Below, in pieces: positions 19,394-27,922 of a stretch of 64,000 nucleotides of DNA. The stretch spans positions 9,657 through 73,656 of the forward strand of contig CAVQRZ010000043.1 in NCBI GenBank assembly GCA_963715335.1. The letters are read 5' to 3'. Both the position numbers and the translations under genes were made by a program. The notes below the pieces were generated by a model. That model searched no databases. It saw only the letters and a program-made list of their open reading frames with translations, and was not told the origin of the DNA. Each line of letters opens with the position of its first letter. Positions within the stretch are counted from its first letter, which is position 1. Source of the stretch: an uncultured delta proteobacterium (GTDB taxonomy: Bacteria; Desulfobacterota; Desulfuromonadia; Desulfuromonadales; BM103).

Positions 19394-20278
19394 TTATGCC
19401 ATGCCGACCATGACCACGCCTACGAAAATCAGACCGACGCCTACCAAGCGTGGTTTGGAAACCTGACGCTCAATCCAAAATATCGAAATTAACACTGTAA
19501 TTAAGATGCTGACTTGCCGAAAGGAGACAACGTAGGCGACTGGGTCACTGGTCAGAGCCAAAAGAATCAAGCTGTAGGAGATCAGAAAGATCAATCCGGC
19601 GAACAGGGCACGATACCGGTGGACAACTGGGTATTGTTGCTGCAAACGTAGAGTACAAACTTCCATGACTAACAGCGCCACTAGGTTTTGCAGGTACACG
19701 TAGTTGATACGGTAATAGATCGCTAGATCAATCGGCGCGGTCGGCATGTTCACAGCGGCATACTTGTCGATTACAGAAAAGAGACTGGTTGCAACCGCGG
19801 CAAGCAGAGCCCAGCAACAGCTTCGATTCAGATAATTGGCGGGAGTAAAGCCATTCGGACCTATGCTAAAACTGCCCATGGGTAGAACGAAACAGCCGAC
19901 TACGACCAATACGATTCCTGCCATGCCAACAGCCGAAGGTGTCACACCCCAAAGGAAAAGAACCCAAGTTACGACCAGGATCGGGAATGAGCGCGCTATC
20001 GGGTAGGCAACTGAAACCTGGCCATACTGGTAAGCCTTGCTGAGGCAGAAGAAAAACAGCCCTACGGCAAGACCTGAGGCGATTATACAGGCTAAATAGG
20101 TTGGCGAATAATCGACCAAGAAGAAGAATATCACGAATAAGGGTGCGTAGCAGAGGGCCGAAAATCGGAGTGCCTGGCGCATAAAAGCGATCGGACCGCC
20201 ACTCGACTTGGCGAGAAGATTCCAGAGGCTATGACATACGGCCGAAAGCAAAACAAACAGGATCGCGGGTAAGCTCAA
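19394..20278 (-). CDS. EamA/DMT family transporter
   Basis: About 10 TM helices; HSLWNLLAK, VSVAYPIARS, VSFRQVSIL. Confidence 0.85.
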   Translation of the reverse strand: MSLPAILFVLLSAVCHSLWNLLAKSSGGPIAFMRQALRFSALCYAPLFVIFFFLVDYSPTYLACIIASGLAVGLFFFCLSKAYQYGQVSVAYPIARSFPILVVTWVLFLWGVTPSAVGMAGIVLVVVGCFVLPMGSFSIGPNGFTPANYLNRSCCWALLAAVATSLFSVIDKYAAVNMPTAPIDLAIYYRINYVYLQNLVALLVMEVCTLRLQQQYPVVHRYRALFAGLIFLISYSLILLALTSDPVAYVVSFRQVSILITVLISIFWIERQVSKPRLVGVGLIFVGVVMVGMA

Positions 20279-20466
20279 GGGAGTAAGACTCCTTGGTAAG
20301 TGCTACATGAGGCCTCTTCAGAATATCATGAGGCAGGATCATCCTCAGCAAGATATTCACTCTCGCTTTTCGTTAACATATCAAACATCAAAATTTCCCA
20401 AGGACTTCTTTCGTTTGGTTAAGAGGCCATAAATTGGCTGATTCATCAGAAGTCCTGCAATGTAAG

Positions 20467-20497
20467 AATGGCCCGTCCTTCATGGATGGGCCATTTT
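20467..20497. terminator. Hairpin, probable terminator
   Basis: AATGGCCCGTCC / GGATGGGCCATT stem downstream of the TPR gene. Confidence 0.55.
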
Positions 20498-20573
20498 CGC
20501 ATCTTATTGATGGTGACCTATAGGAGCCCTCAAAATACTTACATTTAAGGCTCCTCTCATAGCTGGCCTGTTT

Positions 20574-21461
20574 TTAGAATTGAAAATTCAGAGTCATGGT
20601 CAGGTCTTTACGCAACTGATTTGTGAGCGACAGGTTCCACTTACGTGCGGCCTTTGTTGCCCCGTAGACGTTACCGAGATAGAAAGGCAAGCCGATGCCG
20701 CCGACGATTCCAGCCAAGGCGTAGTTTTCATCGTCAATTGCGGCAACCGTTCCAGCAATGAACAGACCGTTGACCAAGAAAGCCATAAGACCGTCTTTGT
20801 AATGCTCCGCATACATCTGCCCGCTACCAGGGAGGACAGTAGACAATGCGCCGGCCAGGGCCGGGGATTTCTTTGACCGCGCTTCGTAAGTATCGAGAAG
20901 GCTGAATGAATCCTGGATTTCGGTTGACCGCTCATCTTCAGGATAATTAACTTGGAAATTTATCAATTCGGACCGAGTTTTGGGGATGTCATCCTGTGCC
21001 GTAGCGTTCAGAATCAGACCAACATGAGCATTGACTGCGGCAGGGTGTTTTACGTCAAATAGACGGGCTCGTTCGTATGCCAGGGCCGCGGCGTCAGGCA
21101 TGCCGAGCTTTTCATAACTCAACCCCTCGTAAAAAGCTGCGCTGCTGAAATAGTTGGACGCGTAGGTCTGTCGTACCTTGGCAAAGCTCTTCACTGCCGA
21201 TGCGTAATCTTTACCCTTATAATAGGCCATACCAATCTCGTAGAGGGCCTCGGGCAGGCGCTGTGAATCCGGGAATAGAATGACCAATTTTTTGTATTCC
21301 GTGATCGCTCTGTAGTAGTCCCCCTCGGCCATAAAGGCGTTCCCCAAAACCATCTGGAGATCATCGGTGAGTTCAATGCCCTGTGCTGCGCTTGAGACAG
21401 GCCCTTGACAGAACAAAAGCAAAATCAAAAGGATTACAGAAAGGGAGTTCCGTTTACTCAT
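20574..21461 (-). CDS. Exported TPR protein with hydrophobic C-terminal domain
   Basis: Signal peptide; TPRs (GDYYRAITEYKK, ALYEIGMAYY); KSPALAGALSTVLPGSGQMY segment. Confidence 0.75.
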   Translation of the reverse strand: MSKRNSLSVILLILLLFCQGPVSSAAQGIELTDDLQMVLGNAFMAEGDYYRAITEYKKLVILFPDSQRLPEALYEIGMAYYKGKDYASAVKSFAKVRQTYASNYFSSAAFYEGLSYEKLGMPDAAALAYERARLFDVKHPAAVNAHVGLILNATAQDDIPKTRSELINFQVNYPEDERSTEIQDSFSLLDTYEARSKKSPALAGALSTVLPGSGQMYAEHYKDGLMAFLVNGLFIAGTVAAIDDENYALAGIVGGIGLPFYLGNVYGATKAARKWNLSLTNQLRKDLTMTLNFQF

Positions 21462-21909
21462 AGCTGGCTCGGTTGGTTTTTTCGACCGGGTCGTGCAAAG
21501 ACCCGTTCGGCAGCCGCGGATAATCCATGCCTGGCTCAGTCCAATAACTGCAGCGCATCAGACGATCAGCTGTCATGACGACCCCTGTGAAGGGGCCGTG
21601 TTCATGGACTGCGTCGTAGCCAAACTGGGAACACGTTGGTGAGAAGCTGCAACGTTGGCCATCGACCGGCGAAAGCCATTTCTGGAAGAATCGCACACTG
21701 CCTAATAAAGCGGAACTTAGGATTGAAGATGGTGTGTCAGGACGAGGGGGTTGAGATATCGAGACCTGAATACCCTGTGGGGATTTCATGTCACGGGTTT
21801 CCAAGTCTTGCGCCGTACAGGTTGTGCCATGCAAAAACCAGAGGACAAGAAACCCCGCACAAAAACTGGCGGGGCTTCGCATGAATAAAGATAGAGTCAA
21901 ACCATGCAT
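21454..21909 (-). CDS. YidD-like protein with N-terminal extension
   Basis: FFQKWLSP..CSFSPTCSQF..G...RLMRC three-Cys signature; start uncertain. Confidence 0.75.
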   Translation of the reverse strand: MHGLTLSLFMRSPASFCAGFLVLWFLHGTTCTAQDLETRDMKSPQGIQVSISQPPRPDTPSSILSSALLGSVRFFQKWLSPVDGQRCSFSPTCSQFGYDAVHEHGPFTGVVMTADRLMRCSYWTEPGMDYPRLPNGSLHDPVEKTNRASYE

Positions 21910-21939
21910 GGCATAAGGTAGGAAAAGTATTAAATACGG

Positions 21940-22161
21940 CTAGTCAGCCTTAAGAATCTTCTCTTTCGCCTTTTCAAATTCCTCGTCTGTGATAGCGCCT
22001 TGATCGTGGGCAGCCTTAAGATCCTGCAGTTGCTGCCCGGCAGTAGCACCACCACCTTCAGGAGGAGCAACAACAACGGTCTCCTTGCCGCCGCCACAGC
22101 AGCCGGCCAAAACAATCGCGATGACAAGAATGACCAGACCACTAACAAGAGAGCGTTTCAT
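21940..22161 (-). CDS. SHOCT domain lipoprotein
   Basis: Lipobox LAGC; LQDLKAAHDQGAITDEEFEKAKEKIL; AGGAGG RBS. Confidence 0.85.
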   Translation of the reverse strand: MKRSLVSGLVILVIAIVLAGCCGGGKETVVVAPPEGGGATAGQQLQDLKAAHDQGAITDEEFEKAKEKILKAD

Positions 22162-22306
22162 TTGTAGCCTCCTAAGGCAGATAAAATATTATGGGGAACC
22201 GCTGAGATGGAACAGACCACGACTTCCATAATAATGTGCAGTTCAATTTATGACAAGGGTTTTGGCTACCGTCCTTGGTTAGATATATTCAAAATTGTAA
22301 TTTTGA

Positions 22307-22383
22307 TGGCGCGCCCGGTAGGAGTCGAACCCACAACCCCCAGATCCGAAGTCTGGTGCTCTATCCAATTGAGCTACGGGCGC
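22307..22383 (-). tRNA. tRNA-Arg, anticodon UCG, CCA encoded
   Basis: GCGCCCGTAGCTCAATTGGATAGAGCA-CCAGA-CTTCGGA-TCTGG-GGGTT-GTGGGTTCGACTCCTAC-CGGGCGC-GCCA; upstream TTGTAG..TAGAAT promoter-like sequence. Confidence 0.97.
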
Positions 22384-22576
22384 AAATGGAATTTCGATAT
22401 TCTAACAGATGATGTTGTTATCCTACAAAGCACTCTCAGAAATAATAAGGCCACCATTGAAAATCAGGTAGCCATCATTTTTTCGTCTTATAAGGTCTCT
22501 ATCAATAACACACCCTTTTCTGTCTCAGCAGTGGTCATTTATGCGACGGCACTGACATCTCCGCCTGTTGCCGGGA

Positions 22577-23503
22577 TCAGTTCGTCGTCATTAGCTTTAT
22601 CTCCTCCAAGGTTTGGACAAAAGTGCCCTGAAAAGGGCCACCAAGATCCACTGCACGCTGCGCAGCAGCCAGGGCTTCCTGCCATTTGCCCTGCTCCGCC
22701 AGGACATGGGCCAAGTTGTTAAACGGCATACCGTTTTCCGGTTGGACCAGGGTTGCCTGGTAGAAAGCTTCAGCGGCGGAATCAAGATCATGAAGATTGT
22801 ACAGGCTGTTGCCAAGGCCTATCCAGGCGACAAAACTTTCATTCCAGCGGGTCAAGGCGGTGGCATAACCGATTGCAGAAGCCTGCCACTGCCCGACCTT
22901 TTCCAACCCGGCAACGGCAGCAAGCCACTCGTCTTCCCCGGCAACTTCCGGCAACCGGTCCGGAGGCAGGACCAGAAGGCCCCAGTATCCGCCACGTCGC
23001 CAAATATTCTTGAACGTCCATGAACTTACAACCTCGTTGGCAATCGGCCCTGAATGAAGGAGGACTTCTTCCTTGCCTTGGTCGTAACCAACGGCCACGG
23101 CATAATGCCATCGTGGGTACCAGGAGAAACCAAGATTGACCAGTACAACAACTGGATGCCCGGCAGAAATTTCAGCTGTGAGGGACTCGATGCCTGTTAT
23201 GGGGTATGCAACTCGACCGTGCCTGCGGGCCGATCCGATCAGCGAGCTCTGCAGGCTGCCCTTGAGGCCGGGAGTATAAACCTCTGTAGATAAATCAGAT
23301 GGGTGCAAGGCTATCCCGCTCCAGCTCAGAACCATAGCAAGCGCTGCCGGACCGCACTGCAATTCTTCCTGGGCAAAAAACGGTACATCGACAATCATGG
23401 CCTGAGACGGCCTTTCGGCAACCTGAGACAAGTAGCCGGGCCCCGATAAGCTGCATCCAGTCAGCATTGCACCCATCGCTAAACATGACAGGCCGGCAAT
23501 CAC
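22577..23503 (-). CDS. PA2778-family C39-like cysteine peptidase with TPRs (lipoprotein); start uncertain
   Basis: LTGC lipobox; VPFFAQEELQCGPAALA; WHYAVAVGYD; C-terminal TPR (NNLAHVL). Confidence 0.85.
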   Translation of the reverse strand: MIAGLSCLAMGAMLTGCSLSGPGYLSQVAERPSQAMIVDVPFFAQEELQCGPAALAMVLSWSGIALHPSDLSTEVYTPGLKGSLQSSLIGSARRHGRVAYPITGIESLTAEISAGHPVVVLVNLGFSWYPRWHYAVAVGYDQGKEEVLLHSGPIANEVVSSWTFKNIWRRGGYWGLLVLPPDRLPEVAGEDEWLAAVAGLEKVGQWQASAIGYATALTRWNESFVAWIGLGNSLYNLHDLDSAAEAFYQATLVQPENGMPFNNLAHVLAEQGKWQEALAAAQRAVDLGGPFQGTFVQTLEEIKLMTTN

Positions 23504-23543
23504 CCGACTGCCGGCCTGACCCAATGCTGTATCTATTTTTCGT

Positions 23544-23951
23544 CTAACGTTGAGGATTAACAAACGAGAAGACATTGGTAAAACCAAGGATATCGGTAAT
23601 CAATAAAATTACAAAGACAATCAGCGCGGCACCAACTACCGCACCGACCGCACTGCCGCCGGCAGGCAATTGATCCATTGCGGAGGCAACCTGGGTTAGT
23701 TCTTCACTCGAAAGGCTATCGACTCTTTTTTGTGCTTCGACAGGGTCAACACCGTACTGAGTCATGATCTGCTTGATATCTTCACGATCCAAAAAGCTGG
23801 CAACCTGGGCCCGCTGCGCTGTATCCTGCTGACTAGCGATTACAGCATCAGTCCCGACCATCTTTGCTTGGGCTGTGGGGACGTTGAAATTGAGCAGAAG
23901 AAAAGAAAAAACCAAAAAGAAACTTACTGGCCTCATGATTTGCTTTAGCAT
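23544..23951 (-). CDS. PA2779-family protein
   Basis: Signal peptide; GVDPVEAQKRVDSLS; LPAGG followed by hydrophobic tail LLITDILGFT; adjacent to the PA2778-like gene. Confidence 0.85.
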   Translation of the reverse strand: MLKQIMRPVSFFLVFSFLLLNFNVPTAQAKMVGTDAVIASQQDTAQRAQVASFLDREDIKQIMTQYGVDPVEAQKRVDSLSSEELTQVASAMDQLPAGGSAVGAVVGAALIVFVILLITDILGFTNVFSFVNPQR

Positions 23952-24108
23952 GCATAACCTCCCGGTAAATTTGGTATAAAAAAGTATATCGTACTCAGTA
24001 GTTAATAATCCTAAATGCTAAAGGGCTGTTTGGCAACGCCAAATGTCAGAAATCGTTGAGACTGTTAGGGAAAACCTGGAACAATGAATGGCCTTGCTTA
24101 TACGCCTC

Positions 24109-24214
24109 ATGAGAGGGTCGCAAGACAGAGGAGCACTTAAGATTTTTCTATGCTGTCTATGGTCGCCGACATGCCTCTATCAATAAAAAGCCTGTCCTCG
24201 TCTCAGAAGTCGTG
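24109..24214. repeat. Degenerate direct repeat, copy 1 (copy 2 at 25219-25334)
   Basis: Collinear shared blocks ATGAGAGGGTC, GCTGTCTAT, CCTCTATCAAT, TCGTCTCAGAAGTCGTG. Confidence 0.85.
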
Positions 24215-24218
24215 CTAC

Positions 24219-24884
24219 TCAGGAAACCAGCAAAGAGGGCGAACCTGCTGAGCTCTCGGTGATAAAACTCCATATGCTCGTACGTGTTTTTTCATCCAAA
24301 TTGATAAATTTTACGCCGACACGATAATGTTCTTCGGTTGACTCCCCCGTCATTCTCCTGACCCAGACAACCTTTGCGAGAACAGTTATTGGTTCGTGAA
24401 ATTTAGGCAATGTCATTTGCAGGGTAGCTATTGTCTTAGCTCTCAGCAGGTTATCAAACATCTCACATTCAAGAGAGGCGCCTTCTGTGCTTATATCAAT
24501 TAATTTCACCGTGCTTTTATGATTGTCAGAAACCATTTGCACAGATAAGTCACGAGTCATTTTTAGCCGGAAATGGCTTCTTGCCCCCTCCAATAACTCC
24601 CTAAGAGTCAGGCAGAATTGGTCGAAACTTTGATTCGTCACGTTTGATACGGTTTTATCGTTCGCCAGCATCGTTCGCTCGGTTTCAACCTCTTTTAACA
24701 GGCTCTCGTAGCGAGAGATCCGCTTATGAAGGTCTTCGCGATGGATGGTAAACCCTCTGGTCGCTACAAACACATCTCCAACTGTCACGATCTCCTGGCA
24801 TTGACTACACCTAGCAGATCTCAACTCGTTGAGAGAAGGCGACTCAATAACTCCGTTGCACTTCGGGCAACTTGTCTGCAGCAT
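24219..24884 (-). CDS. Zn-ribbon plus PilZ domain protein
   Basis: CPKC...CSQC; RSHFR and DISTEG c-di-GMP-binding motifs; AKVVWVR..GVKF. Confidence 0.85.
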   Translation of the reverse strand: MLQTSCPKCNGVIESPSLNELRSARCSQCQEIVTVGDVFVATRGFTIHREDLHKRISRYESLLKEVETERTMLANDKTVSNVTNQSFDQFCLTLRELLEGARSHFRLKMTRDLSVQMVSDNHKSTVKLIDISTEGASLECEMFDNLLRAKTIATLQMTLPKFHEPITVLAKVVWVRRMTGESTEEHYRVGVKFINLDEKTRTSIWSFITESSAGSPSLLVS

Positions 24885-24936
24885 AGCTATTGTCCATTCT
24901 GTATCGCCCCTGGTCTTCAGGACACTTTCGGGGCAT

Positions 24937-24972
24937 AAAAAAACGCTGGTCAGCTTACAGCCGACAGCAGCG
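24937..24972 (-). terminator. Terminator-like hairpin in the 5' leader of the PilZ gene
   Basis: CGCTG-CT-GTCGGC-TGTAA-GCTGAC-CAGCG then T7. Confidence 0.6.
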
Positions 24973-25160
24973 GTTCGGATATCTCTTAAAATGCCCTGAA
25001 ACCCTTTTGATCATTTCCATCCCCCATGGAACAAATCAAATAATCAAGCACCAATCTACAGGAGTAGGAAAAACGGGTAAAGGGTTTTTCTTATTTGTAC
25101 TTCTGCCTTGCCCGGATGGAAGAGTCTTGGCTCATATCTGTCGTTCTTACCGATCCTGAC

Positions 25161-25246
25161 AAATAAAAAAGCCCCACTCCACGGAGGGGGATGGGAGCAG
25201 GGCAAATTCCTCTGTCCTATGAGAGGGTCATAAGCCAGAGTGATAT
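25161..25246 (-). ncRNA. Candidate two-hairpin small RNA with CCCUC loops
   Basis: Hairpin CTCTG..TTATGA-CCCTC-TCATAG..CAGAG; terminator GCCCTGCTCC-CATCCCCCTCCGT-GGAGTGGGGC-T6; upstream TAGACA-16-TATATG. Confidence 0.5.
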
Positions 25247-25334
25247 GTAAACATATAACAGCTTTTTCTGCGCTGTCTATTGTCTCCTGCATACCTCTAT
25301 CAATGAGACGCCCGTTATCGTCTCAGAAGTCGTG
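25219..25334. repeat. Degenerate direct repeat, copy 2
   Basis: As copy 1, but 10 bp longer. Confidence 0.85.
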
Positions 25335-25467
25335 ACATTTGGGAAAAGGCCCAAAGATTCGTTTGGCATTATCAAAAGATAAAAATGTAAACCTTTTGAT
25401 GGCTGCTTCGTCCAACCCCGCAAAACAATAACCTGACTTATTGAACCAATCATTCAAGGAGAATCAA

Positions 25468-25815
25468 ATGAAACGTCGAACACTCACCACCATCGGAATT
25501 ATGGCAGCGATCTTGATGACCGTCTCAGGGGCCGAAACAGCCTTCGCAAAAGGCGGTGGCGGAAGAGGGTCAGGCAGCGGGAAAGGCTCTGGCGTTAATG
25601 CTGGTGCTGGTATGTCGCAAAAGGGAAACGCATCTCAACACCAATACAAGCAACAAAACCAATATCAATATCAACACCAATACAAACAACAAAATCAGCA
25701 TCAGTATCTTCAAGGCCAGGGCGCTTCCGGCGCACAGCCCGGGAATGCGGCGATTCAGGGTGACCAGGTCCAGTCGAGGACCCGAACCAGACTCAGAGAC
25801 CCGTCCACTCATTAA
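25468..25815 (+). CDS. Small exported Gly- and Gln-rich low-complexity protein
   Basis: AAGGAG RBS; signal peptide ending AFA; QHQYKQQNQ(Y/H)QY x2. Confidence 0.75.
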   Translation: MKRRTLTTIGIMAAILMTVSGAETAFAKGGGGRGSGSGKGSGVNAGAGMSQKGNASQHQYKQQNQYQYQHQYKQQNQHQYLQGQGASGAQPGNAAIQGDQVQSRTRTRLRDPSTH

Positions 25816-26011
25816 AACGGATCGACAGAATCCTCCATGATCGACCTCTTGGTGTGTCGTGACCCTCAGAACAAAATTATGGCCATCCATTCCCGGGTGG
25901 CCTTGCTTTTGCCGTTTTAAAAGCCATTACCAATAATACGCTTGTTTTTATCTCGGCAGTCGTAACGACTGAGAGACCTGAACAGAGAACGGATGACCAA
26001 AGATGACGACC

Positions 26012-26635
26012 TTACTGGGCCGTAAAAACTGGCAAAAGCAGGCTACCGGCGATTAACCACATAACACCACCGATTGCGACATCGAGGATTTTCCATGCGA
26101 CAGGTTTACGAAAAAGGGGCGCCAGAATTCGGGAACCATAGCCGAGGCCGTAAAACCAGCCCATTGAGGCACAGACCGCACCGATGGCAAAAGCCGCTCT
26201 TTCCCTTTCAGGAAGCTGCCCAGCAATGCTGCCAAGGAGGATAACGGTGTCGAGATAGACATGCGGGTTGAGCAGGGTCAGGGCGAAGGTGGTCGCTACT
26301 GCCCAGGCCAAGCCCTGTGCAGCGCTCTGCGAATCATCCGCGACCAGAGTCTCTGACTTGAACGCTGCAAGGAAAGATCGCGCGCCATAAAAGAACAGGA
26401 AGATTGCGCCACCCCAGCGAGCAATCAGCATAAGCTTCCGGGACGACGCGACCAGGGTGCCGAATCCAGCAACCCCCAGTAGAATCAGCAACGCATCGCA
26501 CAGAAAGCAGATCGTGCAGATGGTAAAGACATGTTCCTTCTTCAATCCCTGGCGAAGAACGAATGCATTCTGACTGCCGATTGCAATAATTAAGCTGGCG
26601 CCAAGAGAGAAGCCCTGTATGAGTGGAGTTATCAT
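26012..26635 (-). CDS. LysE/ArgO amino acid exporter
   Basis: LIIAIGSQNAFVLRQG, TLLNPHVYLDT. Confidence 0.92.
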   Translation of the reverse strand: MITPLIQGFSLGASLIIAIGSQNAFVLRQGLKKEHVFTICTICFLCDALLILLGVAGFGTLVASSRKLMLIARWGGAIFLFFYGARSFLAAFKSETLVADDSQSAAQGLAWAVATTFALTLLNPHVYLDTVILLGSIAGQLPERERAAFAIGAVCASMGWFYGLGYGSRILAPLFRKPVAWKILDVAIGGVMWLIAGSLLLPVFTAQ

Positions 26636-26651
26636 TTCGACTGCCTACGCT

Positions 26652-27542
26652 TTATCTCTTCTTCAATAACAGGACACCGAGAAAGATCAGCAACGTCGCC
26701 GCATAATCCTCAATGCCGATCGGTTCTCCGACCAATACAGCCCCGATCAGAAGGGCGATCACAGGTGGGATAAAGGTTACAGATGACGCTGAGACCGCGC
26801 CGAGTCTTTCGACAATATAATAGTAGATTATATATGCCAGACCTGTTCCTAAAAGGCCAAGACCTACAATCAGGCCAAGCGCGGTGTGTGCGCTGGCGAA
26901 CACTTTGCCAATGCCGTTGTAATCAGTGAACAGCGCCAGGACCAGAAGTCCAAGCCCCAGCTGGTAGGTTGCGAGGGCCGTTGCTGGAATTTTCAATGGA
27001 ATGATAAATTTTTTCGCATAGACGAATGAGGCGCCGACGCTGAGAGAACCTGCAACCATGTAGGCCACACCCTCCAGGCTGGTATCGTTGAGATCTGCAC
27101 CCGACGGCTGCCCTATGATGACCACGCCAACAAAACCGATCAAGATCCCGGCAACTTTCAGCCGGGTGGCTTTTTCCTCTTCAAGGAAGAGCACGGCAAG
27201 CACGAAAGAGAAGAGCGGGATAGCGCCGCTGACAGCGCCCGCCACTCCAGAGAAGAGCAGAGAGGTGCCTTTAGCATAGCCATAGTAGTAAATCGCCGTA
27301 GCCAGCAGGCCCATGACGAAAAAATGGCCGACATGTCTGAGGTGTTGCCTGCGCAACGCTCCTTTCAGATGAGCATAGACAACGACCGGAAGGAATCCGA
27401 ACAAAACCCTGACAAAGACGATTTGCAACGGGTTGATAAGGTTTGCCGCCATTTTCATGTAAATGAAGTTGCTGCCCCAAATCACTCCCAGTGCAACGAA
27501 GGCAATGATCGGGAGATATTGCGATTTGTCCTTGGCTCTCAT
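26652..27542 (-). CDS. EamA/DMT family transporter
   Basis: IWGSNFIYMK, TGLAYIIYY, about 10 TM helices. Confidence 0.88.
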   Translation of the reverse strand: MRAKDKSQYLPIIAFVALGVIWGSNFIYMKMAANLINPLQIVFVRVLFGFLPVVVYAHLKGALRRQHLRHVGHFFVMGLLATAIYYYGYAKGTSLLFSGVAGAVSGAIPLFSFVLAVLFLEEEKATRLKVAGILIGFVGVVIIGQPSGADLNDTSLEGVAYMVAGSLSVGASFVYAKKFIIPLKIPATALATYQLGLGLLVLALFTDYNGIGKVFASAHTALGLIVGLGLLGTGLAYIIYYYIVERLGAVSASSVTFIPPVIALLIGAVLVGEPIGIEDYAATLLIFLGVLLLKKR

Positions 27543-27922
27543 GGTGATCTTTCACTTGAAATGCGGCGCTTTGAGGTACGGTCTGGCAGTCGTCCGGCGA
27601 TTCCCATTCTGTAATTCTTCACAACTCGGGAAGGATTTCGCGTCCATCGCCTTCATGAGAGGCCCTGGCGCGAGGCTTAATGGCGAGCCTCGCAGATGGG
27701 ACGTTTTTAGCTATCTTTTCCCGACCAGTGGAAAGCTACAGTCGAATCTGGGTGAAAAGGTCCGTGAAATCATTCGGGGAGGGCTCTTGCCGTTTCAGGC
27801 CATGTTGCTCACTATTGGACATCCCTGAGCAGGGAGATGATCGCTGCAATATCCCATTGTATGCTGTGGAGCTCGGCAAGCATGGAAACGGCCCCTTGCC
27901 CCGGACACCGGCTCAGCCACAG

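Noticed and set aside
22207..22722. 171-aa ORF on the plus strand
   Set aside because: Antisense to the tRNA-Arg gene; spurious
25198..25240. GGGCAAA..AAGCC as a c-di-GMP-I riboswitch
   Set aside because: Lacks the GAAA tetraloop and GACGCAAAG core, and is on the wrong strand for the PilZ gene
27543..27922. Lysine riboswitch upstream of the DMT and LysE genes
   Set aside because: Hairpins are present but no lysine-aptamer consensus; nature unresolved
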